Below, in pieces: positions 19,960-29,529 of a DNA stretch of 64,000 nt; position 1 is the first letter of the stretch; every line of letters starts with the position of its first letter. The translations under genes were made by a program, and so were the position numbers. The notes below the pieces were generated by a model, which searched no databases, was not told the origin of the DNA, and was given only the letters and a program-made list of their open reading frames with translations. This stretch comes from an uncultured virus (IMG/VR IMGVR_UViG_3300042460_000692) (Duplodnaviria; Heunggongvirae; Uroviricota; Caudoviricetes), in IMG/VR virus record IMGVR_UViG_3300042460_000692, positions 1 to 64,000 of that record; one strand, 5' to 3'.

Positions 19960-20245
19960 CGTCTTCGTTTAATTCTTCAATTAAGATTTTATATTTTATT
20001 AAGGTGTTAAATGCTATTTTAAAAGATGTGGTTGTGGTGTTTTTTGCGAACATTCCCATTTCTTCGTCAACATCGTCAATTTCACCTAACACTCTTTCTA
20101 AACACATTTTTATTATTTCGTATTTGAAAATGTTGATTTCGGTAGCACCTTCATCTTCATCATCTTCTACTGTTTTGTTTGTTCTACATTTGTCTGTGAT
20201 TCCATCGATATCAATGTAGTAGTTTTTTCCGAATAGTTCAACCAT
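19952..20245 (-). CDS. Hypothetical protein
   Basis: 97 aa ORF within the glycosyltransferase operon. Confidence 0.7.
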   Translation of the reverse strand: MVELFGKNYYIDIDGITDKCRTNKTVEDDEDEGATEINIFKYEIIKMCLERVLGEIDDVDEEMGMFAKNTTTTSFKIAFNTLIKYKILIEELNEDDE

Positions 20246-20820
20246 GGTTCTTGTATTTCAGTTAATTTAGTTATTTCTTTTTTATAAGTAAAGTGTCCAT
20301 TATATTTGGTATTAAATTTGATGGCAACTTTATCTTCTGGACATTCATCTAACACAAGTTTTTTATCTGTAATCCAAATATCACATTTGTTCCACAGCTC
20401 TTTAATGTTATCACTTTTGTCGAATTTTATGTTATTACCTAAAAATCCGTTTTTTGATAGGAAGAATAATGTTGCTGGTTTTGATTTACCTAATTCATCC
20501 AACCCAATTAATGTAAAATTGTGTTCTTGATTATCATAAATCATTTTATGTAAATCTGTAAATGTTGTTGAGTAACTTAATCCAGCATGTCCAAATATTT
20601 CAATTGGGTATTCCATAAATGTAAAAAACTCATACTCTTCCTTTGATTGGAATCTGTACGAGTTCATTAAATTATCGTTTTCTATTGGCTCAGTTACACC
20701 ATAGTCAAATGTATTATCTTCAATCACAACATCATCCACTAAAAATGATTCGTTGTAATGATATTCAAATTTTTGTATTGTGTTTCTTAAAACACCATCA
20801 ATACTAATGTATACTTCCAT
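20167..20820 (-). CDS. HAD-superfamily 5'(3')-nucleotidase-like protein
   Basis: N-terminal ISIDGVLRN (DxDGV-like, first Asp replaced by Ser), DIWITD and KFNTKYN motifs. Confidence 0.55.
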   Translation of the reverse strand: MEVYISIDGVLRNTIQKFEYHYNESFLVDDVVIEDNTFDYGVTEPIENDNLMNSYRFQSKEEYEFFTFMEYPIEIFGHAGLSYSTTFTDLHKMIYDNQEHNFTLIGLDELGKSKPATLFFLSKNGFLGNNIKFDKSDNIKELWNKCDIWITDKKLVLDECPEDKVAIKFNTKYNGHFTYKKEITKLTEIQEPWLNYSEKTTTLISMESQTNVEQTKQ

Positions 20821-20856
20821 TGGGTAAATATACCATCAAATATGTTATAAGTAAAT

Positions 20857-20896
20857 AATAAACCCACACCATTATGATAAACGATGTGGGTTTATT
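20857..20896 (-). terminator. 12-bp inverted repeat downstream of phoH
   Basis: AATAAACCCACA ... TGTGGGTTTATT. Confidence 0.6.
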
Positions 20897-20916
20897 GTGC
20901 AAAATTACATTTATTG

Positions 20917-21645
20917 TTAATCGTATCTGTTAAGAATTTCAGATATAATTGGGTTTCTAACAATATCCTCCATTCCAAATTCAAAAACACCGATTCCTTT
21001 TACATCACCTAATCTTTTCTTCGCATCATATAAACCAGATTTAGTTTTATCTTTAAATTTATCTGATTGTTCTAAATCTCCTGATAGGAAAAATTTAGAA
21101 TTATAACCAATACGAGTTAGTAATAATTTTACTTGTGCGGGAGTTGCATTTTGAGCCTCTTCAAATACTAATATCGTATTATCAACATTCCATCCTCTCA
21201 TATATGCAAGTGCCGCAACTTCAATGTAACCTTCGTCTTTAAGTTGTTCTCTTGCCTCTTTACCTATAATTTTATTTAATAGATAATAAGACGGGTAAAT
21301 GTATGGGTCCAACTTTTCTTCTAAACCACCTGGTAATGAACCTAATTTTTCTTCTGCCTCAACTGCCGGTCTAACAATGATTATTTTCTCATATTTATTG
21401 GAATCGTCATGTAACAAATCTACTGCTCTTTTCATTGCGATATATGATTTACCAACACCTGCTGGCCCAAAACAAAGGGTAATTTGATTATCTCCCAATA
21501 TGTTCCAATATGTTTCTTGATTTTTAGTTAAGAACTTTTCTTTTGGTTTTTTTATGATTTGTCTAATTCTATCCTTATGTATGATTTTTCTATCTTCCAC
21601 TAATACAGGTGGTTGGGTTCTACTGGTTCTAGGTTTTACTGCCAA
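20917..21645 (-). CDS. phoH: PhoH-family ATPase
   Basis: GPAGVGKS, IIIVRPAVE, LGSLPG, LAYMRG, EEAQN, LLTRIG, GDLEQSD and DIVRNP motifs. Confidence 0.95.
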   Translation of the reverse strand: MAVKPRTSRTQPPVLVEDRKIIHKDRIRQIIKKPKEKFLTKNQETYWNILGDNQITLCFGPAGVGKSYIAMKRAVDLLHDDSNKYEKIIIVRPAVEAEEKLGSLPGGLEEKLDPYIYPSYYLLNKIIGKEAREQLKDEGYIEVAALAYMRGWNVDNTILVFEEAQNATPAQVKLLLTRIGYNSKFFLSGDLEQSDKFKDKTKSGLYDAKKRLGDVKGIGVFEFGMEDIVRNPIISEILNRYD

Positions 21646-21686
21646 AATATATGTTTTTAATTGTTCTTTATTTTTAATAAATATCT

Positions 21687-22286
21687 CTATTTACCTGTAC
21701 TTCCGAAACCACCACCACCCCTTTCGGTATTGGATAGTTCGTCACTTTCAAAGATTGTTACTTTAGGAAAAGGAATAATTATCATTTGAGCACCCCTTTC
21801 ACCTACCTTATATTTAATAGAATCTAATCCGTTTGTTTTTACAAAAGTAGCTTGTATTTCACCCCTATAACCACTATCTATAACCCCAACAGAGTTTGAC
21901 AATAGTAACTCTTGATTACGAATAGATGAACGAGGAAACACTAAACCGACGTATCCTTTTGGTATTTCAAACGCAAGTCCAAAACCATACGATACACTAA
22001 AGGTAGTATTTTCAATTTCTCTTGTTATTGTTAAATCCATTCCCGCATCACCATCTTTTGAGTATGATGGTATCACTGCGCTCTCATGTAGTTTTTTTAC
22101 CTTTACAGGAATTTCAAATGAAGATGGATTTGGTACAATTTTATCTTTTGATACATCGTCCATTAAATTACCTAAAACTTTGTTTATTTGGGTAAAAAAT
22201 TCATCGTCAACTTCATCATCTGAACTTAAGTCAGATTCAAATTCTTTTAATTTTTTTAAATATTCTTCAAGACTATCTTTATCCAT
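21687..22286 (-). CDS. dut: Trimeric dUTPase with N-terminal extension
   Basis: GDAGMDL, PRSS, GVIDSGYRGEI, AQ and RGGGGFGSTG motifs. Confidence 0.95.
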   Translation of the reverse strand: MDKDSLEEYLKKLKEFESDLSSDDEVDDEFFTQINKVLGNLMDDVSKDKIVPNPSSFEIPVKVKKLHESAVIPSYSKDGDAGMDLTITREIENTTFSVSYGFGLAFEIPKGYVGLVFPRSSIRNQELLLSNSVGVIDSGYRGEIQATFVKTNGLDSIKYKVGERGAQMIIIPFPKVTIFESDELSNTERGGGGFGSTGK

Positions 22287-22500
22287 TTTTTTCTTTTTTG
22301 TCTATAATCCATTTATCTAACTTCTTAACTCTTTCCTTTAAGTCGTTATCTTGAGGTCGTAAACAACACTCAACAAACACGTCAGTTACCCTTTGTAGTT
22401 CTTCAAATGTAACTTGAACACCAACTGAATTTAGGTATTCTAAAGCCATTTTACTTTGCGATTGACGCATAATTTGTATATCTCTTCCGTAGAAATCCAT
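22279..22500 (-). CDS. Hypothetical protein
   Basis: 73 aa ORF in an operon. Confidence 0.7.
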   Translation of the reverse strand: MDFYGRDIQIMRQSQSKMALEYLNSVGVQVTFEELQRVTDVFVECCLRPQDNDLKERVKKLDKWIIDKKEKNG

Positions 22501-22522
22501 TTCAGTTGGTGTTTAATTGTTA

Positions 22523-22753
22523 TTATCTATAATACTCAGGTGTGTTCTTTTCGTCAATGACGCAATCGATCTTTAATTTCTTAACATCGATAATTTGACT
22601 TGTACGAATATCTCCAGCTAAAAATTTAGAAGCTGTAATATTTGCTTCTGCGTTTGATTCGGCTTGGACAATAATTGTTGATTTTGTTAAACGTGGGTTA
22701 CCCTCTCTGTCTAATTGTTCGGATTCATATCCTACTGTTACTGTGTAATGCAT
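22523..22753 (-). CDS. DUF4494-like protein
   Basis: Y.VTV.YE....G....K...VQAES.AEA pattern resembles Bacteroidota DUF4494 proteins (recognised from memory). Confidence 0.5.
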   Translation of the reverse strand: MHYTVTVGYESEQLDREGNPRLTKSTIIVQAESNAEANITASKFLAGDIRTSQIIDVKKLKIDCVIDEKNTPEYYR

Positions 22754-22764
22754 AATTGTTTTTT

Positions 22765-23991
22765 TTATTTGTTTATAATTGATTTGAAAAACTCTACTCT
22801 ATCTTTACATACTTTTCTTAATGAATATGTATCTTTTACTGTTTCATATAAACGATTACCTAAATCTTCAATTAAGTTTGGATTCTCAACTAATCGTTTC
22901 ATATGTTTAGCCCAATCTTTATGGTTTCTTTTAGGGTTTACTAATAAAGCATTTCCTTTATTGTTTATAACTCCATTATCAACTGCGGAGATTAAATCCA
23001 AAGTATATGGATTAGTCTCACTAGCAATTAATGCCTTTTTATGGAATCCCGCTTCGATAACCTTTAATTGTGATTTATTTGCGTTAAACACCGACTCAAA
23101 TAACGGAGCTAAAGATACGTCAAAAGTATTGTAATTCAAAGCATATTTTGAAACGTCTTGTGTCCATCTTCTTCTATATGGTTCATTAATGTCGTTATAA
23201 TCACCTTGGGTAAATGTACTTAAAAATGATTTATATTCTGGATTTAATACTTTAAAATTATCTGTAAATATTTTTTCATACTTATACCAAACTGTTTCAA
23301 ATGGTTCAATTGGTCTTTCTCTTTTTTCCCCTGTTTTCATATCAACTTCAGTAACATTACCCCTTAAATCGAATCCACACAATACAAATTGTACTTTGTC
23401 TTTAAATGAATTAAATGTTGTTGATATACCATTAGTTAGTAATTCTAAATCGTGTAAATGGGATGACCCACCCAACCATCCAAACCTAACTTTATCTGAT
23501 TTATTCGTATTTGATTGAAATTGTATTTCCTCATCGTTAACTGCGTTTGGAAATACTTCAACATTTTTTACTCTTAATCTTTCTTTAATTGTATTTGCGA
23601 AAATTGGTGTCGTTGTTGAAACATAATCAACTAACTTTAACATTTCAATTTTCATTTCACCCATACCACTTTGTTTAATTTGGTAGTACATTGGGTGTCG
23701 TTGGTCAACAAACCACATATCGTCAATGTCCATAATAACCTTGACTCCTTTTGATTTTAACCAATTAATACGATCTACATTTTCTTTATGTGTTGTTTGA
23801 TGTATAAATGAATGGAAAATAACGATATCGTACCCATCGAATAATTCGTCTCTATTTTCTAAATTGAAAACTAAATCGACGTGGACATCTTCTGAATGAT
23901 TCTCCCCGATGTATTTAAATGGGTCTAACATTCTAAATTTACCGACCCCGTATCTATCGGGAGGTACTACTAAAATTTTAATTTTTGACAT
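22765..23991 (-). CDS. Glycosyltransferase, GT-B fold (GT4-like)
   Basis: MDIDD, VFPNAV, FGWLGGSSHLHDL and DVSLAPL...FNANKSQLKVIEAG motifs. Confidence 0.85.
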   Translation of the reverse strand: MSKIKILVVPPDRYGVGKFRMLDPFKYIGENHSEDVHVDLVFNLENRDELFDGYDIVIFHSFIHQTTHKENVDRINWLKSKGVKVIMDIDDMWFVDQRHPMYYQIKQSGMGEMKIEMLKLVDYVSTTTPIFANTIKERLRVKNVEVFPNAVNDEEIQFQSNTNKSDKVRFGWLGGSSHLHDLELLTNGISTTFNSFKDKVQFVLCGFDLRGNVTEVDMKTGEKRERPIEPFETVWYKYEKIFTDNFKVLNPEYKSFLSTFTQGDYNDINEPYRRRWTQDVSKYALNYNTFDVSLAPLFESVFNANKSQLKVIEAGFHKKALIASETNPYTLDLISAVDNGVINNKGNALLVNPKRNHKDWAKHMKRLVENPNLIEDLGNRLYETVKDTYSLRKVCKDRVEFFKSIINK

Positions 23992-24041
23992 TATATTACT
24001 TTATATGTCTAAAATATACGAAAAAAAAATGAAAAAACAAA

Positions 24042-24617
24042 TTACTTAGCCTTATTTACGCCAGTAATTTTTCCTTTGAATATTGAATCTCCAACCTTTA
24101 GGACTAAATTTTCATTAATAGTTGAGGTTTGTGAGGCAGTGAGAATTTGATTTAATTTTTCATCCATAACTTTACGAACGGTGTTTTCAATAAGAACCGC
24201 AATAGCATTCATATCGATACTACCTCCGTTGTTATTGGTCGTTTGTTTTGATTGTGAAGGTTTTGTACTAACACCCTCTTGTTCCATTAAACGTTTTGCT
24301 CCTTTAACAAAATCCATGTCCAACGTATCATTTAAAGATATTTGAGGGATTGGATTCTCAATCATTGCTCTTTTAATTGCTTCAGGTAATTTAGAATTTT
24401 GAATTTGACTAATGTTAGGGGTTCCTGTTTGTCTTTGTGTAGATGGATTTGATTGCATTTGTGTATTGTTCATCACATCTTCCGGTGCGGACCTTAAGAT
24501 ACTCTCATCTATTTGACCTCTCTGATAGTTACCACCATCTACCTTGTTCATAACTTTTTTAGCTTGAACCAATTTATGCATCAAATCATTTTGTGATATT
24601 ACTCCTTGTTGTGACAT
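24042..24617 (-). CDS. Hypothetical protein
   Basis: 191 aa ORF; late box at 24621-24628. Confidence 0.7.
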   Translation of the reverse strand: MSQQGVISQNDLMHKLVQAKKVMNKVDGGNYQRGQIDESILRSAPEDVMNNTQMQSNPSTQRQTGTPNISQIQNSKLPEAIKRAMIENPIPQISLNDTLDMDFVKGAKRLMEQEGVSTKPSQSKQTTNNNGGSIDMNAIAVLIENTVRKVMDEKLNQILTASQTSTINENLVLKVGDSIFKGKITGVNKAK

Positions 24618-24655
24618 ACTAATAAATATTTTTATATTTTAAATAATAACCTTTT

Positions 24656-25501
24656 TTAATAAAACATTAAACGTTTAATTCTTTTTAAACTTTCCTGTAG
24701 ATTTTTTCCTTCTACATCTTCTTCAGGGTTAACTTCTGGTTTCTTTTCTGTTTCTGGTTGAGGTAATTCCTTTTCTACTTCTTTTTTAAACCTTTCTCTC
24801 GTACCTTGACCAGGCTTTATATTGCCGCCAATTTCTTTTTGTTTGTTAATCCAATCGGTCTGTTTAGTTTTATATAATTCTTTTTGTTTAACTTCATAAT
24901 CCTGATTATCACCGCCTTGTGGTAGTTCACTTGGTTTTTCCTCAGGTTTTGGTTGAGGTAATTCTTCGGGTTTAACAGGTTCTGTTGGAGTGACTTCGGT
25001 TGGTTTATCGGAAACCTTACTAACGGGAGGTTTTGTTGGTTCAGGTTTAGTAACCGTTGGTGATGGTTTTTCCATTTTTTTAGTATCCGAAGTTGTACCC
25101 CAATTTGTTGTGACATATGTTGTTGTCATTGAATTATCGGAACCTTCTTTATACTCTGGTCTCTTTCCGTTAAAAACTTCATCAGTAATTTCAACATTAC
25201 TCATTCTACCAATAATAAAAGTTCTCCACCCGTGTTTCGCAAATCCTTTTTTAGAAACGGAAGGAGGTTGTACCCAAGCTCTAACAATTAAATTACCCTT
25301 TTTAGAAAGACCCAAAGCAACCGCCTCAGCCTTTACTCTGTAACCATTTTTTACACTATCTTTTTTAGGTTTTTGAGGACCCGAATAGTAAAATGTAATC
25401 ATATTCCTATTTTTGATTGCATCAACTATAGGTTTGGTTTTTGTTGTCTTTAATATGTTTTGTTCTTCAATTACATTGAAGAATATTTTATTTATGTTCA
25501 T
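24656..25501 (-). CDS. WYL-domain protein with Pro/Glu/Lys-rich tail
   Basis: AIKNRNMITFYY...R.....ALG......VRAW.....GWRTFIIGRMSNVEITDEVF matches the WYL-domain pattern; no HTH seen. Confidence 0.7.
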   Translation of the reverse strand: MNINKIFFNVIEEQNILKTTKTKPIVDAIKNRNMITFYYSGPQKPKKDSVKNGYRVKAEAVALGLSKKGNLIVRAWVQPPSVSKKGFAKHGWRTFIIGRMSNVEITDEVFNGKRPEYKEGSDNSMTTTYVTTNWGTTSDTKKMEKPSPTVTKPEPTKPPVSKVSDKPTEVTPTEPVKPEELPQPKPEEKPSELPQGGDNQDYEVKQKELYKTKQTDWINKQKEIGGNIKPGQGTRERFKKEVEKELPQPETEKKPEVNPEEDVEGKNLQESLKRIKRLMFY

Positions 25502-25504
25502 AAA

Positions 25505-25882
25505 TTAAAAATCGGGGTATCCTTTTGATGGATTGTATTTGTTTCTTGCAACAACATCAGTTCTTGATTTAATATCTGTCAATGAACCAACTTTACCATC
25601 TAATTCACCCTTACCCTTTTCGTCACCATCAGATAGTGCATCTTTGTTTATTGAAGAGTAATTATTTTCTTTATTAAATCTGTTTCTCCCAACATTATCA
25701 ATTCTATTTTGGACATCAACAGATGACCCTATTGAATTATCTAGTTCACCCTTACCTTTAACGTCACCATCAGATAACGCATTTTTATTTGTGGAAGAAT
25801 AGAATTTTTGTTCGTTATAGATGTTCGGTCCTAAAATTTCAGTTCTAAACTTCTGTGCTAAGATTTCTAATTGTGTTGCCAT
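25505..25882 (-). CDS. Hypothetical protein with two 47-aa internal repeats
   Basis: NK[N/D]ALSDGD[V/E]KGKGELD occurs twice. Confidence 0.75.
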   Translation of the reverse strand: MATQLEILAQKFRTEILGPNIYNEQKFYSSTNKNALSDGDVKGKGELDNSIGSSVDVQNRIDNVGRNRFNKENNYSSINKDALSDGDEKGKGELDGKVGSLTDIKSRTDVVARNKYNPSKGYPDF

Positions 25883-25883
25883 A

Positions 25884-26381
25884 TTAATAACGTATTAATT
25901 TTTTAAATTTTTCAATTTGTTCAAATAAACCCAAAGAAACAATTGGACTTATTGTGTTTTTATGTGAATTACTTTTCATCATATTCAATGACGGAAATGT
26001 ACTTGATTTTTTTGAGTGTGTTTTAAGGTGACTATTTGAACGCTCACCACTAATTGCACCTATTTCATCTGCTCTTTTTCTTGAATCTTTTTTATTACTC
26101 ACCATATCTCTTTCACCTTGTAAATGCGTTTTTGACCAATTATTCATTAGGTCCCCACCCGCTAATTCAAATTTCAATTTATCTTTAACTTTATCCATAT
26201 ATGTTAATTCGTGGATAATTTTCTTTAATTGACCATACTTTACTGTTCCGTCTTTAAGTAACTTTTCTGCCCTTTCTTTCCCGTCAGCGTGTTGCCCATT
26301 TAAATGCATAACAGTTTGACTGATTTTATGCAGTATGTTTTGTGGAATGTTAAATACCCTATCTTTTAAATCGTTATTCAT
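25884..26381 (-). CDS. Hypothetical protein
   Basis: 165 aa; ends LFEQIEKFKKLIRY. Confidence 0.7.
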   Translation of the reverse strand: MNNDLKDRVFNIPQNILHKISQTVMHLNGQHADGKERAEKLLKDGTVKYGQLKKIIHELTYMDKVKDKLKFELAGGDLMNNWSKTHLQGERDMVSNKKDSRKRADEIGAISGERSNSHLKTHSKKSSTFPSLNMMKSNSHKNTISPIVSLGLFEQIEKFKKLIRY

Positions 26382-27126
26382 TGTCTTTTAAATGTTTCAT
26401 AATATCATTAATTGATAAATTATGACTTTTTAAACTATTTTTAAGAGATTTTAATTGTTTTGCAACAATTGGATTTATTTCCTTTTCTTCCATTTGGTCA
26501 CCATCGTTAGAAACAATCTCACTATCTTTAGATTTCTTAGCTAAGATACTTTCAATGTATTCCTCCATGAACTTTTTAGGATTTTCAACTAATCTAACTT
26601 TATCGGTATTTTTTAGTTTTTCATCATATCCCATTTTAGCCAACCTTTCTTCGGCCTCATCATCTGTTAAACCTAAATCATCCTCAAAATGGTCCTTTGC
26701 GTCATCATAATCAGCATCTTGACCTAAAGTATCATCATACCCTAAAGATTTACTCATATCGGATTCTGCCCAATATCTTCTATACCCAAAACCAAGACTA
26801 GGTGATAGTGATGTTTGACCACTAGCACTTTTAACAACTTCATCAGTTGTTTTATTTTGTGTTATTCCTTTTGTGTTAAAATTTGTTGGTTTCTTACCTC
26901 TAGCAACGTTACCATTTTTATCTACAATCTCGTCTACTTCTTTTTCTCCCGCTTTATCTGGTATTTCGTCATATTTTGTTTTATCTGAAAATTCTTTGGC
27001 CATTTTACCCCATTTCGACTTTTCTTTCTTTGATGCACCCTTTTCGTTCTCCTTAGCAAAAAAGTATCTTTGTTGCGCTTTTGATGCAAATTTCTCTTCG
27101 ATTACCTGTTTTATAAAATTATTCAT
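26374..27126 (-). CDS. Hypothetical protein (putative head internal protein)
   Basis: 250 aa; VIEE|KFASKAQQRYFFA module; late box at 27142-27149. Confidence 0.7.
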   Translation of the reverse strand: MNNFIKQVIEEKFASKAQQRYFFAKENEKGASKKEKSKWGKMAKEFSDKTKYDEIPDKAGEKEVDEIVDKNGNVARGKKPTNFNTKGITQNKTTDEVVKSASGQTSLSPSLGFGYRRYWAESDMSKSLGYDDTLGQDADYDDAKDHFEDDLGLTDDEAEERLAKMGYDEKLKNTDKVRLVENPKKFMEEYIESILAKKSKDSEIVSNDGDQMEEKEINPIVAKQLKSLKNSLKSHNLSINDIMKHLKDNE

Positions 27127-27179
27127 CTAAATCGGTTTTATTATAAATATCAAATCTTATGAAAGATATTTATAGAAAC

Positions 27180-29087
27180 ATGAATAGACAGAATATTTTA
27201 AATTTTTATGGGTCAAGATTGGAATTAAAATTAGATTCTTCCGAATTATATGATTTTGAGTTGAGTAAAACCCAAGGTGATTATGATGCAGATGCGTTAG
27301 ATTTGAGTACACTCATAGTCTACGATTCATTAAAAATAGATGATAACTTAAATAATTTAGATTGCACAAAAGATAGAATCACCCTTGAGGAGGATAATAT
27401 AAGTGACTTATTAAGTTCTTATACCTATTCTGGATTATCAATGACTTTACCGTATAGTAATTTTGTATCATATTTTGGGACAGGGTTTACACATACTATT
27501 TTAGATAGCAATAGATTTAAATTCACACTTATTAGTGGAAGAACTCATTATTTTAAAATTTTAGGATATAATCAAACGGGATATACATCTAACATTTTAA
27601 CGGGTTATACAGAATCAGCCCTTATTTCGGGGTTTACTTCAGACATCTACAAAAGTAGGAGAAATATTATAAATTTTAATGCATGCTCGGCTCAATCCCC
27701 AAAAACAAATGTAAAACCATGGGCATTTGATTTTAATGAGGGATTAGGTACTGATTATTGTACTCCTAAATTAAAAAGAAGACCTGAAAATGGGTGGACT
27801 TTAGATTTCATATTTAATAGAAATTCTTTACCGTGGTCATCGGGAAGTGTTTTTTATTATTTAGGTGTTAGAGGGGACGATGATTTAACCGACTACGCCG
27901 ATAATAACCTATCTTTTCAATTTACATCAGATGCTAGAATTAAGTGGATATCAAGACATTATTCTGGTGCATGTGTTAATGATTTGGCATATGGAGAATC
28001 TTTTTATATTTCAAGTGGACAAACTCCAACATTGTGTACTACGGGGTTAACTAATAATTTTAATGTTACAATTGTTTTTGATAGATATAAACATTATACG
28101 GATTGTGATCTTGAAAATGACGGGGGACAGAATGATTTAATTCCAGAATTTATTGTGAGTCCGTATCAAAACATAGAAGTGACTGCAGTAACATCAACAC
28201 AATTAGCTCTTTTAAATAATTCTGAAGTTTTAAATAAGAAATGGGCGAATGAAAGACAAAGGAGGTTGGGGACTTTGAAGATATACTTAAACGGTAGACC
28301 AATATATAAGTTAGAAAATTGGGAGGAAATTATACCTTCAAAGAGAGGAACTCAACCGTTTATTCAATCTTGGGGTGGTGGAACTGGATTAATGAGTGGA
28401 ATTCATTCAGGTGTTTCATGTTTTAATATCAAATCAATTAAATATTTTGAGGAGCCATTAAATTTCCCAAGAGTTAGACATCACTATCTAACTGAGATAA
28501 AACCAAATTTTGAAATCGTTGAGTGTGGGGTTAAGTGTGTGGATAGTTTATCTGCACTACCTACTCCAACACCTACGGGGTCATCCACTCCAACCCCAAC
28601 ACCTACAAATACTAGTACTCCATTACCACCAACATCAACACCTACAAATACTAGTACTCCATTACCACCAACATCAACACCTATACCAACTAGTACATCT
28701 ACTTCAACCCCAACACCCACTCCTACAAGTAGTCCAACTAGTACACCGGTACCAACATATAAAAGAGTATATGCGGCATATAATATTAACAGCTCCCCTC
28801 AAGATGCTTATTGTGGAAACACAACAATAGAATATATGAATAATAGTGAATTATATTTCTTGGGAAGTGGTACACTACCTAACCTTGGTGATTATGTATA
28901 TGAAAAATCAATTGGATCATCAACATATACTTTGGGTTGGCCATCTGGTGGAAATTATATTTATTTATCCGATACTTTAGGTGTTCCGGCGATAAGGTCA
29001 TTTAAATTCACCAGTACATATAGTCCTCCGGTTAATGGTTATGTTTCTGGACAAATAAATGAAATATATATTTGCCCAACACCGTAG
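27180..29087 (+). CDS. Putative virion protein with LamG/lectin-like region and Pro/Thr-rich linker
   Basis: WTLDFIF...LKIYLNG...IKYFEEPL beta-sandwich pattern; long PT/PS linker; start placed at ATG 27180 just after the late box. Confidence 0.6.
   Translation: MNRQNILNFYGSRLELKLDSSELYDFELSKTQGDYDADALDLSTLIVYDSLKIDDNLNNLDCTKDRITLEEDNISDLLSSYTYSGLSMTLPYSNFVSYFGTGFTHTILDSNRFKFTLISGRTHYFKILGYNQTGYTSNILTGYTESALISGFTSDIYKSRRNIINFNACSAQSPKTNVKPWAFDFNEGLGTDYCTPKLKRRPENGWTLDFIFNRNSLPWSSGSVFYYLGVRGDDDLTDYADNNLSFQFTSDARIKWISRHYSGACVNDLAYGESFYISSGQTPTLCTTGLTNNFNVTIVFDRYKHYTDCDLENDGGQNDLIPEFIVSPYQNIEVTAVTSTQLALLNNSEVLNKKWANERQRRLGTLKIYLNGRPIYKLENWEEIIPSKRGTQPFIQSWGGGTGLMSGIHSGVSCFNIKSIKYFEEPLNFPRVRHHYLTEIKPNFEIVECGVKCVDSLSALPTPTPTGSSTPTPTPTNTSTPLPPTSTPTNTSTPLPPTSTPIPTSTSTSTPTPTPTSSPTSTPVPTYKRVYAAYNINSSPQDAYCGNTTIEYMNNSELYFLGSGTLPNLGDYVYEKSIGSSTYTLGWPSGGNYIYLSDTLGVPAIRSFKFTSTYSPPVNGYVSGQINEIYICPTP
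28597..28683 (+). repeat. 39-bp tandem repeat (about 2.2 copies) in the Pro/Thr linker
   Basis: CAACACCTACAAATACTAGTACTCCATTACCACCAACAT at 28597 and 28636, partial copy at 28675. Confidence 0.9.
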
Positions 29088-29136
29088 TATGAGAGATACA
29101 ATTAATATATTCGAATTATAAAACTATTTATAACAT

Positions 29137-29505
29137 ATGGAATTCTTTATAAGACAAGGGGCGTCTGACCCAATATTAAAAATGAGACTGATTGATGATG
29201 GTAAAAACGATAAATCCTCATTTAATGATTTATTAGAAAATGCAGATATTACATTTGAGATGTCTGACATTAAAACAGATACTCCAATCATTTTAGATTC
29301 CACATGTTACGTTACCACAAGAATAAAATTATATAACCAAACCACAGACGAATATTATATAACACATAGGTTCACAGAAGAACATACGTTAAATTCAGGT
29401 AAATACGAAGGAAAGGTCATAGTTCAATTCAAGGATACTGACGGAAACCCAACAAACAAACTCATTTTACCTGTAAAAGAGAAATTATTTATTAATATTT
29501 CTTAA
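29137..29505 (+). CDS. Putative virion Ig-like/BppU-like protein
   Basis: FFIRQG..P.LKM.L...ITF.M...G.Y.G...V.F pattern; late box 4 nt upstream. Confidence 0.5.
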   Translation: MEFFIRQGASDPILKMRLIDDGKNDKSSFNDLLENADITFEMSDIKTDTPIILDSTCYVTTRIKLYNQTTDEYYITHRFTEEHTLNSGKYEGKVIVQFKDTDGNPTNKLILPVKEKLFINIS

Positions 29506-29521
29506 ATTAAGACTTTTTGTT

Positions 29522-29529
29522 TATATTTG
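29522..29529 (+). promoter_or_regulatory. Bacteroidota -7 element upstream of DNA polymerase
   Basis: TATATTTG matches TAnnTTTG. Confidence 0.55.
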
